From Eledone cirrhosa (lineage: Eukaryota): a stretch of 64,000 bases of DNA. The stretch lies in NCBI GenBank assembly GCA_964016885.1, contig OZ024744.1, forward strand, positions 14,074,001 through 14,138,000. The letters are read 5' to 3'. The first letter of the stretch is position 1. The number at the start of each line of letters is the position of its first letter. The position numbers were made by a program, and so were the translations under genes. This document shows positions 52,816 to 64,000 of the stretch, piece by piece. The notes beneath the pieces are model-generated. The model saw only the letters and a program-made list of their open reading frames with translations, was not told where the DNA came from and ran no database searches.

Positions 52816-55800
52816 GGCGACCTACGTAGTAAATCGTATCATCGTGAGCTCCGCAAAGGTTTGTTATTTTCAGTTGTTTAAAATTGCCATTTATGGAAAA
52901 TTTTTATTTTTAACTGTATATAAGTGCACATACATTGTTATCTGAAAAGGACACCCAAAAACATTGGGGCCTTGAGCCAAAAATTTAAACTTTTATAATT
53001 ATCAAACAAAAATTTTTCTCTGAAAAATCATGTACGACTCAGAGTCACACCTTCCCCACAAACTAACACCTCACACTGACACCACCATTGTAAATATTAC
53101 TACGTTTGCCAACACTAAAAATATAAGCGGTAGAATATTTTAAATTTGTCTCAGGCAGACATTCATTTCCCGCCATTACCAATGTCTGCAGGTGTTAAAG
53201 CCGCCACCCCCACCACCACCACAGCGACAACAGAAACAAAATAAATAAATAAATTAACTCGTGATATCGAAATGAATTCAACCAAAATGAACTCTTCCAC
53301 ACCGAACACCACTGACACCACCACCACCACAACTGAAACTAAAATTAACAATAACAAAAATAACGATAACAAGAACAGCAACAATGAAATTAAGAAAACC
53401 ACCCTGAGTTTTGCCAGAGTAGCAAAAAAGTGCGAAGCATTCCAGGTAACTAAGGAGGAATTAGAAGAAGCCAAAAACATGGTAAAGAAAGATGGGTACA
53501 GGGTCAGCCCCCCCCCCCCCCCCACCTAATAAAATGGACCATCGGCTCCTATGCACCATGTCTTATCGAACAATTAAGATAAAATCGCGCCGAGTGGAAC
53601 GGGCATCCGAGTCCCAAATCCAAAAAGCTTTGGGACATGTGTGGGCAAAAAAAACCCCACATCAGACGTGGGCAGAAATATGGAACCGTGGACGTGTTCT
53701 TTGAAACACCACAGGAGGCCAGAGAACACTCCATGGCCCCATTAAGAAGTGACGACTTCACACTCGTCCCAAGCTATTGTGGCCAGAGACTTGTGAAGAT
53801 CAGGGTGACCCACGTTCCACCGGCCATCGAAATTCCCTGGTTAATAGCTGCTGTCCTCGCCGGCATCGAAGCCAACACCAAGATAATCGAAATAGCGAAA
53901 GAAAAGCAGGAGAACTGGTCCGGATCTGGGATGGAGCTCCTGATCCAAGCAGACCAAAAAAGCATTGAGGTGATTCCAGAGGTAATAGACCTCACTGACG
54001 GCAACCACCTCACCGTAATCGTCGAGGGCAGAAGGCCTAGGTATGTCGTTTGTGGTGAAGGAACCCACCTAAGGCTTTCTGCCCTTAGGCTAAAAGATTG
54101 AGGCCACCTCTCTTACCCACCCTAGTGACTCAACCATCAACACCACCAGTAGCAGAAATGGCAGCAACAACTGTAGCAGCAACAACAGAAGCAACTGTAA
54201 CAGCAAGAACCCCAGCAACAGTAGCAAAACCAACACCACCACCACCCAACGCGCCAGAACTAGCACCAGCGCCTACACCATCCACCACGCCACAACCAAA
54301 ACCAACGCCTGTGGAGTATTTTCCACTCCCCGACCTATCGCAACTGGAGACAGATTGTGACGACGAGGAGTGGGAAACGGTATCAGGAAAAATGAAAAAA
54401 AGAAAATGAAACCAAAAAAGAAAAAAATCCTCTTCCTTCCTCCTACAAAAACAAAATACAGAGGGAAACGAATAAACTATGAAACAAAAAAGTTAGGACA
54501 GCTATGCCACCATCCACACCAACATCACCAACCCCATCACCACAAACACCAACACCATCACCATTAACCCCAACACCACCATCACCAACACCACAAAAGT
54601 CACCAAAAAGCGAAACAGAAACAAACCCACAACAAACGCAAACAAAACAAAACAACCAAAACGATACACACTACACAGCATTAAATTTGAACAACAACCA
54701 ATTGTTACACTACATCCAACACAACACCAGCATCACAGAAAAAGACTACACAACAACCCAAAAGTTCACACCACCTCCACACACACAAATCACTCGCATC
54801 ACACAGAAAACGTACACGACACTAAAACAAAAATTCCCCAAAGACATCGGAGACTTCCGACAAGCACTCTCCAGGACGATTTATAAGGACATCCTTCCGG
54901 AGGAGGCCACAAGCAGTGAAAAGGATGGAGAAACTATCCTTCCTCTACGAGAAGTAAGGTAAGTGGTCTTTCCCATCTTTTCCACTCCATTTCAACATGA
55001 CCTCACTAAGAATAGGCAGCATAAATGCGCGTGGCTTGGGGTCGTCATGGAAGCAGGGCCACCTGCTCAACGACCTCAGGTCACTAAACATAAATGTAGT
55101 GGCCATCAGCGAGACCAGAATCTCCGAAGCACAGGCTTTCGCACCGATCTTCGGCGGCTACGATGTGTACGCATCTTCCAGCCGCCCTGGATCGGGGGGA
55201 GTAGTTGCTGTGCTTTTTCGGAGAGGTTGGGATCTCGCCATACGGGCCATCTTCCTGTACCCAGAAAGTAAGTTGGTGGAGCTGGACGTGATCAGCGGAG
55301 GTGGGCAAGCTTTCAGGCTAGTGGCCGTCTATGCCCCGACAGGAGCAGGGCGGCCTGATTTCTTCCGGCGTCTGGAGACCTTTCTTGGAACGTCCCGCTC
55401 TTTAGTGTTAGTGGGCGACTGGAACGGGATCTTAGATGCACGCTGGGACTGAGTGGGATTAGCGGATAGTGGAGGAGGGTGCAAGAGCCTCACCAACCTG
55501 CTCAGGCGTTTTGAACTGTCTAACAGGTACCGATTGGATTTCCGGAATGTACCAATGTGGACTTGGACAAATCGCATAGGGTCATCCAGATCATATCTAG
55601 ATAGAGTATTTTGTAGGGAAATAGATAGGTCTAGCATAGGCTGTCCACAATTCAAGATAGTCAGCTACACGGACCACAAATTCGTGATCTGTGTGCTTGA
55701 CTTAGATAGGCTTCATAGACGAGGACCCGACTACTGGAAGGTAAACGCGTCCTTACCAGCGCGCAAGGCCTACAGAGACCGGATTAGCGAACTAGTTAAG

Positions 55801-58444
55801 CGGGCGTTGACGGAGGCCATCGTCAACAACAAATGGTGGTTTGCTCTGAAAAGAGCAATTAGAATAGAGTCCATTAGGTTTAGTAAGGCTTTAGCAATAG
55901 AGAAAAATAGAGCAGAAGGAGAACTAGTTAGAAAATTAGACGAGGCGCTTAGCAAAGGCATCGCGACCGACGTACTTGCGGCGAAATTGGCCCTTGACCA
56001 ATTCTTCAATGCAAAGCACCAAGGCTGCGTTGTCAGAGCTAGGGTGCGTGCACTCAGACACGGGGGGACGAAAGCCGTTCAATGGGCCCGAGTGGCGGAG
56101 GCGCGTCGTGGCAACAAAGCCACGATCCTGTCTTTGGTAGACCACGCATGCTACTCGATCGCGGGCAAATATGTGAAGCTTTTTAGCGACACATCGCCCA
56201 GCTGTTCGTGGGCAGCGGCGGGCCGGATCGAGGGATGGACTTTAGTGTCTAAAGTCCTCTTGGCGGACGTCTACTGCAACTGGCAAAAGAACGGGAGAAT
56301 TCCCAGTTCTGTGAGCCGAGAAGCTGTGGCGCTGCTGAGAAAGGATCCGAACAAGGGGGTTAACATAGATAATTTCAGGCCCATAACGCTGCTAAACACA
56401 GAGTTCAAGATTTTGGCCAAGGTGCTAGCAAAGAGGTTGGCGCTTGTCGTTGGTGGTCTGGTGGGATAGGCACAGACATGCGCTATTCCCGACAGATACA
56501 TCCACGACAACCTCCACCTCATGCGATACATCGTGGAGAGGGTAGCTAGGGAACCTGGCACGGGTGGGTCCTTGATCAATTTAGATCAGTCGAAAGCTTT
56601 CGATAGGGTTGACCATCGTTACCTAGCGGCAGTCCTTTGGGTGGCTGACTTTGGGCCCGTCTTCAGAGGCTGGATCGCTGCCATGCACAGCGATATCTGC
56701 TCTGTGGTGAGAGTGAACGGTCACCATCATGCGCTCGGTCCGCCAAGGATGTCCCCTCTTGTCCCTCTTGTACATATTGACTTTCGAGCCATTACTGCAC
56801 AAACTGGAGACGTTGAGGGGGTCCCGCGCGAACTAGGATGCGGAAGATCCGTGTAAGCATATGCGGACCATGTCACCGTAGTGGTGTTGAACGCCAAAAA
56901 CATTGAGGCGATCGGCACTACACTAAGAATACGAAGCGGTGACAGGAGCAATGATCAACCAGGAAAAGTCAGTGGGCCTGCAGCTCGGCACCTGGAGAGG
57001 CAGGTCCATGCCGTCCAACAGCGTCGTCGGGCGCTGGACGGACGGACCGGTTAAACTGCTAGGGGTCTGGTTCGGTCCGGACCTCCAGACGGACAAAAAC
57101 TGGGACGAGGTGACGAGCAGGGTGGCTTCTCTCACCCAGAAATGGGCGGAGAGGAAGCTATCCCTGAAAGGTCGAGCGGAGGTGGCTAACGCGTACATCG
57201 CGTCCGTCATCTACTACCGCCTGACCGTTGTACCTTGTCCTAAGCCCCGCCTGACTGCGCTGGAGCGTTTGCTCTTTCGCTTTTTGTGGAAGGGACGCGC
57301 TCCGATGGTCAGGCGGTCCATCTGCTGTCAAGACCCGCTACGTGGAGGGCTGGGCATGCCGTGGCTGATGATGCGCAGACACGCGCTCAGGCTACGACAT
57401 CTCCACCTCTTCCTCGACGGTGATCAGGTGTGGTCGCCGTTTCCTAGACACGTCTTTCCCCAGCTCGTCTCCTTGACGGAGCTGCAGTCCTGGGTCAAGC
57501 GAAGACCGAGAGGGAGCGCTCACAGCCCTCGACTAATCGGGCAATGTGATCGGTGGAAACTCCACCTTGGCGTTCTATAGAGGATTAGTGGAGGGGAAGA
57601 ACGACGACATACTTGGGGAAACTCTAGGTGTCGACGAAAATCAACTAGCCAATCTCTTCCGAAGGACTTTCGGGCCGGAGCCTATGGACAACTTCCAGAA
57701 ATCCCTGGCCTGGCAGTGCTACCGAGGAGCTTTGCCAGTTCGGGATAAACTCTACAGGCATGGAGGTGCCGTCAGCCGGGCATGTCCGAGATGTGCGCAG
57801 GGCTACGAAACCGTCCTGCACACATTAGCCCAGTGTCCGAGCATTGCTGACTTGTGGGTTTATGTCGAACACCTGCTGTCACGTGTAGGACTGATCCAGC
57901 TATCAGCTGAGTCCATCGTGAGGATTGCCCCGCCCTCTTCCTTTTGCCGGGAAGGGCAGTGAGTTTTTATCAGCCTGGTGGCCATGGCGAAAGAGATAGT
58001 ATGGTGGACACGTTTGAAAAGGCTGAAGACGAGCACTTACCTCTTCGGTGATGCCCTGATTAACTTTTTCAATTTCATTTGAAAAGGAAAATCAGGGTAG
58101 AGAGGAAAGTGCTCTCTTCCCAGCATTTTGTTGAAAGATGGGTGAGAGAAGCAAGAATGGCCCGAGTGAATGGGTCTACTCTGAGTATGTGTCTAAATTA
58201 AAGGTGGAAAACTGGGAGAGGGCACTTGCCCTGGTGGTCAGGGTCACTGTGGCCTTTTAATGGGCTTTCTCCACAAATGTCCCTCAGAAGTCTCCCCCCT
58301 ATTGGGGAATTTTTTCATTGTTATTTTTTTTATTACATCCTCTGTTTTTTTACACGCAGAAATTCCCATTTGTACCGTCCTGTATTGTCCTGTACTGTCC
58401 TTAATGTCTACTTTATGTAAACCCTTGTGGTTAATAAAGAAAGC
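52816..58444 (+). mobile_element. Full-length decayed Tx1 LINE (copy C): ORF1 ending at 54962, ORF2 54997-~58197
   Basis: GSINARGL, GDWN, YTDH, FRPITLLN and DQSKAFDRV; bounded by (ATT)n. Confidence 0.9.
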
Positions 58445-58465
58445 ATTATTATAATTATTATTATT

Positions 58466-61400
58466 GTTCTTTGACTCTCAGTCATTGATGTTGGTTAACT
58501 GGAAAGTTTGTTGAAATGAATATCAAGCCACTACCTGCAGTCTCAGATATTCAGGACGTATCGGAGGCTTCTTGCTGTTCCCAGCAAGCATGCCTTTTGA
58601 AGCGTTCCAAAAAGTGGGGCGGGGCCAATTTTCTTTAACTATCCCTGGAAACTCTTTGAGATAGTAGCTAGTGCGCCTATGACAATCGGGACCACTTTGA
58701 CTTCATGGCAGTTCCAAATCCTTTTTACCTCCCACTTTAAGTCCTGGTATCGGTTAATTTTGCACTCTCGTGTCGAATGGGCAGGCTACATCTACAATCA
58801 GGCACGATCTTTTTTCCTTGTCCAAAACCACCAGGTCAGGTCTATTGTGTTCCAGTTTCTTGTCCGTCTGTATCCTAAAATCCCACAGCACCTTCACCTG
58901 ATCGTTTTCTATCACCGACTCTGGCTTATGCTCATACCACTTCTCAGAATGTGGTAAATTGTTTACTTTACATAGGTGCCAGTGGATCACCCTGCCCATC
59001 ACATCATGTCTCCAGCCCTTGTAGTGAGTCTGGGCTAGGTGTTTACACTCGGATACAATGTGAGCCACAGTCTCCTCTCTCTCTCCACAGATCCTGCACA
59101 GTGAGCTAGCCTCCTCGTTGTAAATATGGTGTTTCAGCCACTTCGTTTCGAGGGCCTGGTCTTGCGCAGCCATTAGCATTCCTTCTGTAGCCTTTTGAAG
59201 GTCTCCTCTTTTCAACCAGTTCCATGTCTGTGGATCTCTAAATTCAGTTTTCTCAAAGAAGGTACTATGAAGGGATTTTTCCTGAAGGCTGCTCTTTCTC
59301 CTTGATGTTATTTCCTCCTTGGACATCCCCTGGCCTATTGTCCCCTCCTTCAGTACAGTTCTGAGCATTGGCTCCTTACTATCAGTCACCTATTTGTATA
59401 GGTTGTTATTCTCCATCTGAACACAGTCCTCTATGCTGATAAGACCTCTTCCACCTTCAGATCTCCTTAAGTAGAGTCTATCGACATCACTCCTCTTGTG
59501 GAACATGTTGTAGATAGTCAATAGCTTCCTAGTCTTCCTATCCATTTCTTTTTGTTCAGCAACATTCCATCTCAGAATTCCCGCACTGTACCTAATAATA
59601 GACACAGCTCGGGAATTTACTGCACTTATGGCATTCCTACTGTTCAGATGTGACTTTAATACGCTCCTTACTCTCCGAATGTATTCCGATCTTATCAATT
59701 CCTTCATTTTTTTTTTGTTCTTGATGTCATCAACCTCCAGAACACCTAAATATTTGTATCCTTCTTCAGTGTCAATTTCCTTTATCATCTCACCTGTTGG
59801 TACCTGAATTCCGTTGCTTCTGTTCAATTTACCACTCTTCATCACAAGGACTCCACACTTATTAATACCAAATTGCATACATATATCATTGCTGAAAATA
59901 CGGACAGTGTCAACAAGCACATCCAACTCCTTCTCACTCTTCCCGAAGAGCTTAAGATCTTCCATGAAGAGAAGGTGTATGATAGTAAGCTCACCCTTTC
60001 CCAACTTGTATCCTGCTCTCACTTTTCGCAGTATAATGGTCAGGGGCATCAGGGCAAGGACAAACAACAGAGGGGACAGATTATCTCCCTGGCAGATACC
60101 TCTCTTGATCTTCACGCCTCCCAAGGATTCTCCAGCTGATGTTAACTCTTTTCCCGGACTTCATAACTGTCAACAACTGTCTGATGTTATCTGCCAACTT
60201 GAAGATCTCTAGGCTTTTGGTGATCCAAGAATGAGGCACCATGTCAAATGCCTTTCTGTAGTCTAACCATCCTATGGCAAGACCAGTGTGTCTCCTCTTG
60301 CAATTCCTCATTACCATCTTATCAATAAGTAACTGGTCCTTTGTACCACGGGACTTCTTTCGGCATCCTTTCTGTTCGTCCGGTAACAAGTTGTTTGTGT
60401 GGAGGTGATGGTAGATTTCCTCAGACACAATGCTTGTCAACAGTTTCCGCATTACGGATAGACATGTGATAGGTCTATAGTTGGTAACATCATTACCCTT
60501 GACTCGGTCTTTCATTACCAGAACTGTGGTACCTTTTGTCAACCACTCTGGTACCTCACCTGACATCAAGCAGTCATTGAACATGGTTGTCAGTTTCGGG
60601 TGGAGGGATGTTATATTTTTAATCCAATACCCCTGCACACCATCTGGGCCTGGTGATTTCCAGTTGGTTAGTTTTATGGCCTGCCCCATAAGAATTTCAA
60701 CTGTGATACTCAAATCAGTTTGTTGGTGTGCCTGTTCACTAATCTCCTTCTGTACTGTCTCAATCCACACTGACTGGTCATTATGTTTAAAATCCTGCTC
60801 CCATATTCCGCTCCAGAATAGCTTAGCTTGTTCCGCCTCAGGGATCAAGTCGTTGCCTCTTTCTTTCCCTTCAAGCTGTCCAAACAGCATCTTCTGGTTG
60901 TTGTCAAACATGCGGTTCTGTCTATACTGACTGACTCTGCTCTCGTATCGCCTAATTTTTATACTCTTTGCTACAATGCGTTGCTTCAGTTCCTCTATGA
61001 TAATATTTAGCTTTTTCATCCTAGTTTTGTACTTTATTTCCAGTCTATTTTTAGTGTCTATGTTTTTTACTGTCCCATTCAGTAGGGACTCAAGCTTTCC
61101 AAAGTCATTTCTCATTTCCCTGATTTGACCATTCAGTCGTTTCTTCCACCAAGGTTCTGATCTTTCTTGTTTGTTGTTTCCTCTCGCTTTTATGCCAAGC
61201 AATTTCCTCACCGCATTTGCTGTTGCTTTGAGGATATTGTTGCACTGGTGAAGGCTCCTCGCCTCAAGGTATGGGATGACTTTGTTTACCTTAGCTGTTG
61301 TTTCTTTTAACTTTTTCCTGTCTACAAATCTTAGGTTCATAGGTTTCCCACTATCATTGTTCATTTCATCTAAGTTTAGGATATCTACCAAATCTTGTCC

Positions 61401-62429
61401 TAGCCCGTCATCATTCATCTCCTCAATGGCCGTATCTCTGTTCCAGGTATTATTTATTTCAGCATTCAGATCATTGTCTGCTTCGGATGCTTCCGCCGTT
61501 CTCTCAACCTCTTCACCTTCATTTCCCACTCTCCATTTCCAACCTAATCTCTCTGCTCAGTTCCTCCAGTTCGAGCTCGCTTATCCACCCAATAGTTCTT
61601 ATTACCCGAGCCTGCCCGGCCAATTTTTGTTCATCTAATTTAAATAGACCAATCTCGTTCCAGATGTTATGCATCCGTTCCTGTAGCCTTTTTCCTTGGG
61701 GTTACTCTTCACGTAACATTGCATAACAGCTCTATTCATTTCTTTCGTCCAGTTGGTTCTGGACCCTTTCCTATTTCCTCTTCCTCCAACACCAGCAGTA
61801 TTTGGATGACAGCCAGGTCCCTGCTGCTGGGCCAGGGAGCACCTGCTGGGTGAGAGTCTGTCACATAACATTCCAGTCTCCACTTCACTGTTATTCGAAC
61901 TGTTTAGGTTCGACATTTAAGCACTGGTGAATGTATGGTTACATTGGTGAATGTATGGTTACATAACTACCGGTGATTTCATCACCCCGGTGATTTTAGC
62001 GTGGCACCCTCACGCTGTAGACGAACATAAATAAACAAACAAACAAATAGATACCCCCCCCCAAAAAAAAGAAACCCCACAAGTTTTATTGTAATGTTTG
62101 AATGTCTGACTTAGCTTTTCTTTCCTTTTTCTCTCTCCCTTTTTTTGTTTGTTTTTCTCCTTTGCGTTTTTCGTTTTACAAGGCCAGTAACATCGGTTAC
62201 TAGTGTTGCTGTTGCTGCTGCTGCTAAGGGAAGTAGGGGTTGTTGTGTTCAATACTTTAAAAACCCATGTCCGTTGTTGCGTTTGCCTCTGTCTCTGTTC
62301 TGTTCTATAATTTTTCGACTATAATTTTTTCTATAATTTTTTCCGCTTTCATCCCTACGTGGCCGACACCACAAAGCACCTGCAACACACCGTGACAATT
62401 GCTGACCCCGTGCCAAAAGCAGAAGCACT
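58466..62429 (-). mobile_element. Near full-length R4/Dong LINE (RT, CCHC, REL) in (TAA)n
   Basis: [61 protein letters not shown] and RPD; frameshifts present. Confidence 0.92.
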
Positions 62430-63029
62430 TATTATTATTATATTATAGTTTAGATTTGACATTGTTTAAACTAAACATTTTGAGAGAGTTTCGAGATATA
62501 ACAACATAATTATTTTGGTGTTGTTGTTGTTGTTGTTAGCTGTTTGACCGAGTCACTAACCCAGTCTATTTATATCTTTTGATACCTTGCTCGCTTCTTT
62601 TCATGTGTAGCGGCATCACCACACCTCTCTCAAGCAGTGAGGGAACAGTGGCGGCAGCGACGATGCAGCAGCGGAGGTGGTGATGGGACAGCGCCATAGG
62701 ATGGTGCTGGTCTGTATTTGGCTAGATTTTTTGTGGTAGTGGTGATGGTGATGGTGGCGGAGGCGGTGGCGGTGGTGCGGGTGGTGAAGTTATTTGGCTG
62801 TTATTTTCTAGCCATTTTCTTTTCTGACTATAATATTTCTGGTACAAAATTAAATATTAAATTAAATATTACATATTGTAGCCCTATGCCGCTATGTGAT
62901 GCGTTGCCACTTCCTGAGAGTGAAAACTGATATCTTACGTTTCATTTGTAATAAGAATTATTCTATCACAATTGTTTTAAATATGTAAAAAATCAAAAAC
63001 TTACGGGAGCGATATTATTATTATTATTA

Positions 63030-64000
63030 CAGCTGCATTTATCTTGCTTTATGTTCATACGAGTTATCACCAAGTCACAACCAGTGACCTCAAGAGACAA
63101 CAAGGTCCGCCATGTTCAAGAAAGAACATACATACACACACATGCATCTTTAGGTGTTTAGACTTGTGACGTACTTATATTGACAGAATCTTCCTTAGTA
63201 TATGGGCAGTTCCCATTAGTACTATCTTTTGTATTTCTCCTATACGCGGGTTTCCTGGGATTTGCGATAAGTAATCATTAGACCCCTTAGGTATCATTCC
63301 TAGAGCGCCTACAACCACTGGTATTGTTTTAGTTCTCAATTTCCACATTTTTCCAATTTCTATCTCCAGGTCCTTATACTTGCTCAATTTTTCAAATGTT
63401 TTTATAGATACATTCTTGTCTATTGGAACGGACATATCAATTAGCAGGCATACCCTCTTTTTAAAGTCCTTCAGTATTATATCGGGTCTATTTGCATCTA
63501 TTTTTCTATCTGTTTGGATGCTAAAGTTCCACAAGATTGAGATGTGATCTTTTTCAAGTATGGGAGGTGGTTGATGCTCCCACCAATTCTTTTGATGGGA
63601 CAGGTCAAAATGCTTACACATTATCCAATGTATGTATTGTGCAGCTCTGTCATGCCTGTTTAGGTGTTCGGTTGGAGCTATAGGGCTGCACATTGAAATT
63701 ATATGATCAATGGTCTCTGGTTGTTTTTTACATACACGGCATAATGGGCTGCATCTATTTTTTATTATGTTGGCTTGGTAATTTTTTGTTGGCAGACACT
63801 GATCCTGTGCTGATATAATCAGTCCTTCAGTCTCCGATTTCAGTCCAGAGGATGCCAACCACTGATGGGTTAAAGTTTTGTCAACATCAGGATTGTTAGT
63901 TCGTTCTGGGTATTTTCCATACAGAGGCTTTTCTTGCCATTTCTTAGCCAGTTTCTGTAGCAGTTCTTTCTTTGCAGTTACTTTTACCTGCTTTGCTTTT
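63030..64000 (-). mobile_element. 3' part of a second R4/Dong family, running off the window end (ORF stop at 63175)
   Basis: ETEGLIISAQDQ, CRVCKKQPETIDHIISMC, RHD, RPDII, KLSKYKDL and IPVVVGALG; (TAA)n tail. Confidence 0.9.

Noticed and set aside
27207-61638. Many antisense ORFs over LINE coding regions
   Set aside because: Shadow frames of RT ORFs with no independent motifs.
40478-62429. Segmental duplication of a Tx1+Dong block
   Set aside because: Tx1 copies D and C are much more diverged than the two Dong copies, so the block was not duplicated as a unit.
62300-62430. HDV-like ribozyme at the Dong 5' end
   Set aside because: I could not assemble the nested double pseudoknot by eye.
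62600-62930. Possible exon in a GC-richer stretch
   Set aside because: Degenerate (GGT/GGC)n low-complexity sequence with no domain and no convincing splice pair.

Overview
Eukaryotic, repeat-saturated window, most likely from an octopod cephalopod (inferred from Octopus-type tRNA-derived SINE fragments and very dense microsatellites). It is probably largely intronic: the only host coding sequence I can support is one 222-bp phase 1-1 exon encoding a chitin-binding type-2 (CBM14/peritrophin-A) domain at 32650-32871. The left 17 kb is a cluster of Penelope-like elements (PLEs) carrying about ten hammerhead-ribozyme motifs. Helitrons lie at 1-2, ~10 and 17-23 kb. The right 40 kb is a stack of non-LTR retrotransposons: Tx1/L1-clade, R4/Dong, CRE and CR1. 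Most notable observations: (1) PLE hammerheads with 79-97 nt structured insertions in domain II, showing structural covariation and a possible pseudoknot; (2) a Naiad-like PLE whose upstream ORF1 is joined to RT through an in-phase U_UUU_UUA -1 frameshift site; (3) three divergent Tx1 elements sharing an AG|GTARGT splice donor over the ORF1 stop, with ORF2 ending in an acceptor-like CTGTAG|G; (4) minisatellites born from LINE coding sequence; (5) a 50-bp target-site duplication. Everything was read by eye; no database searches or folding programs were run.
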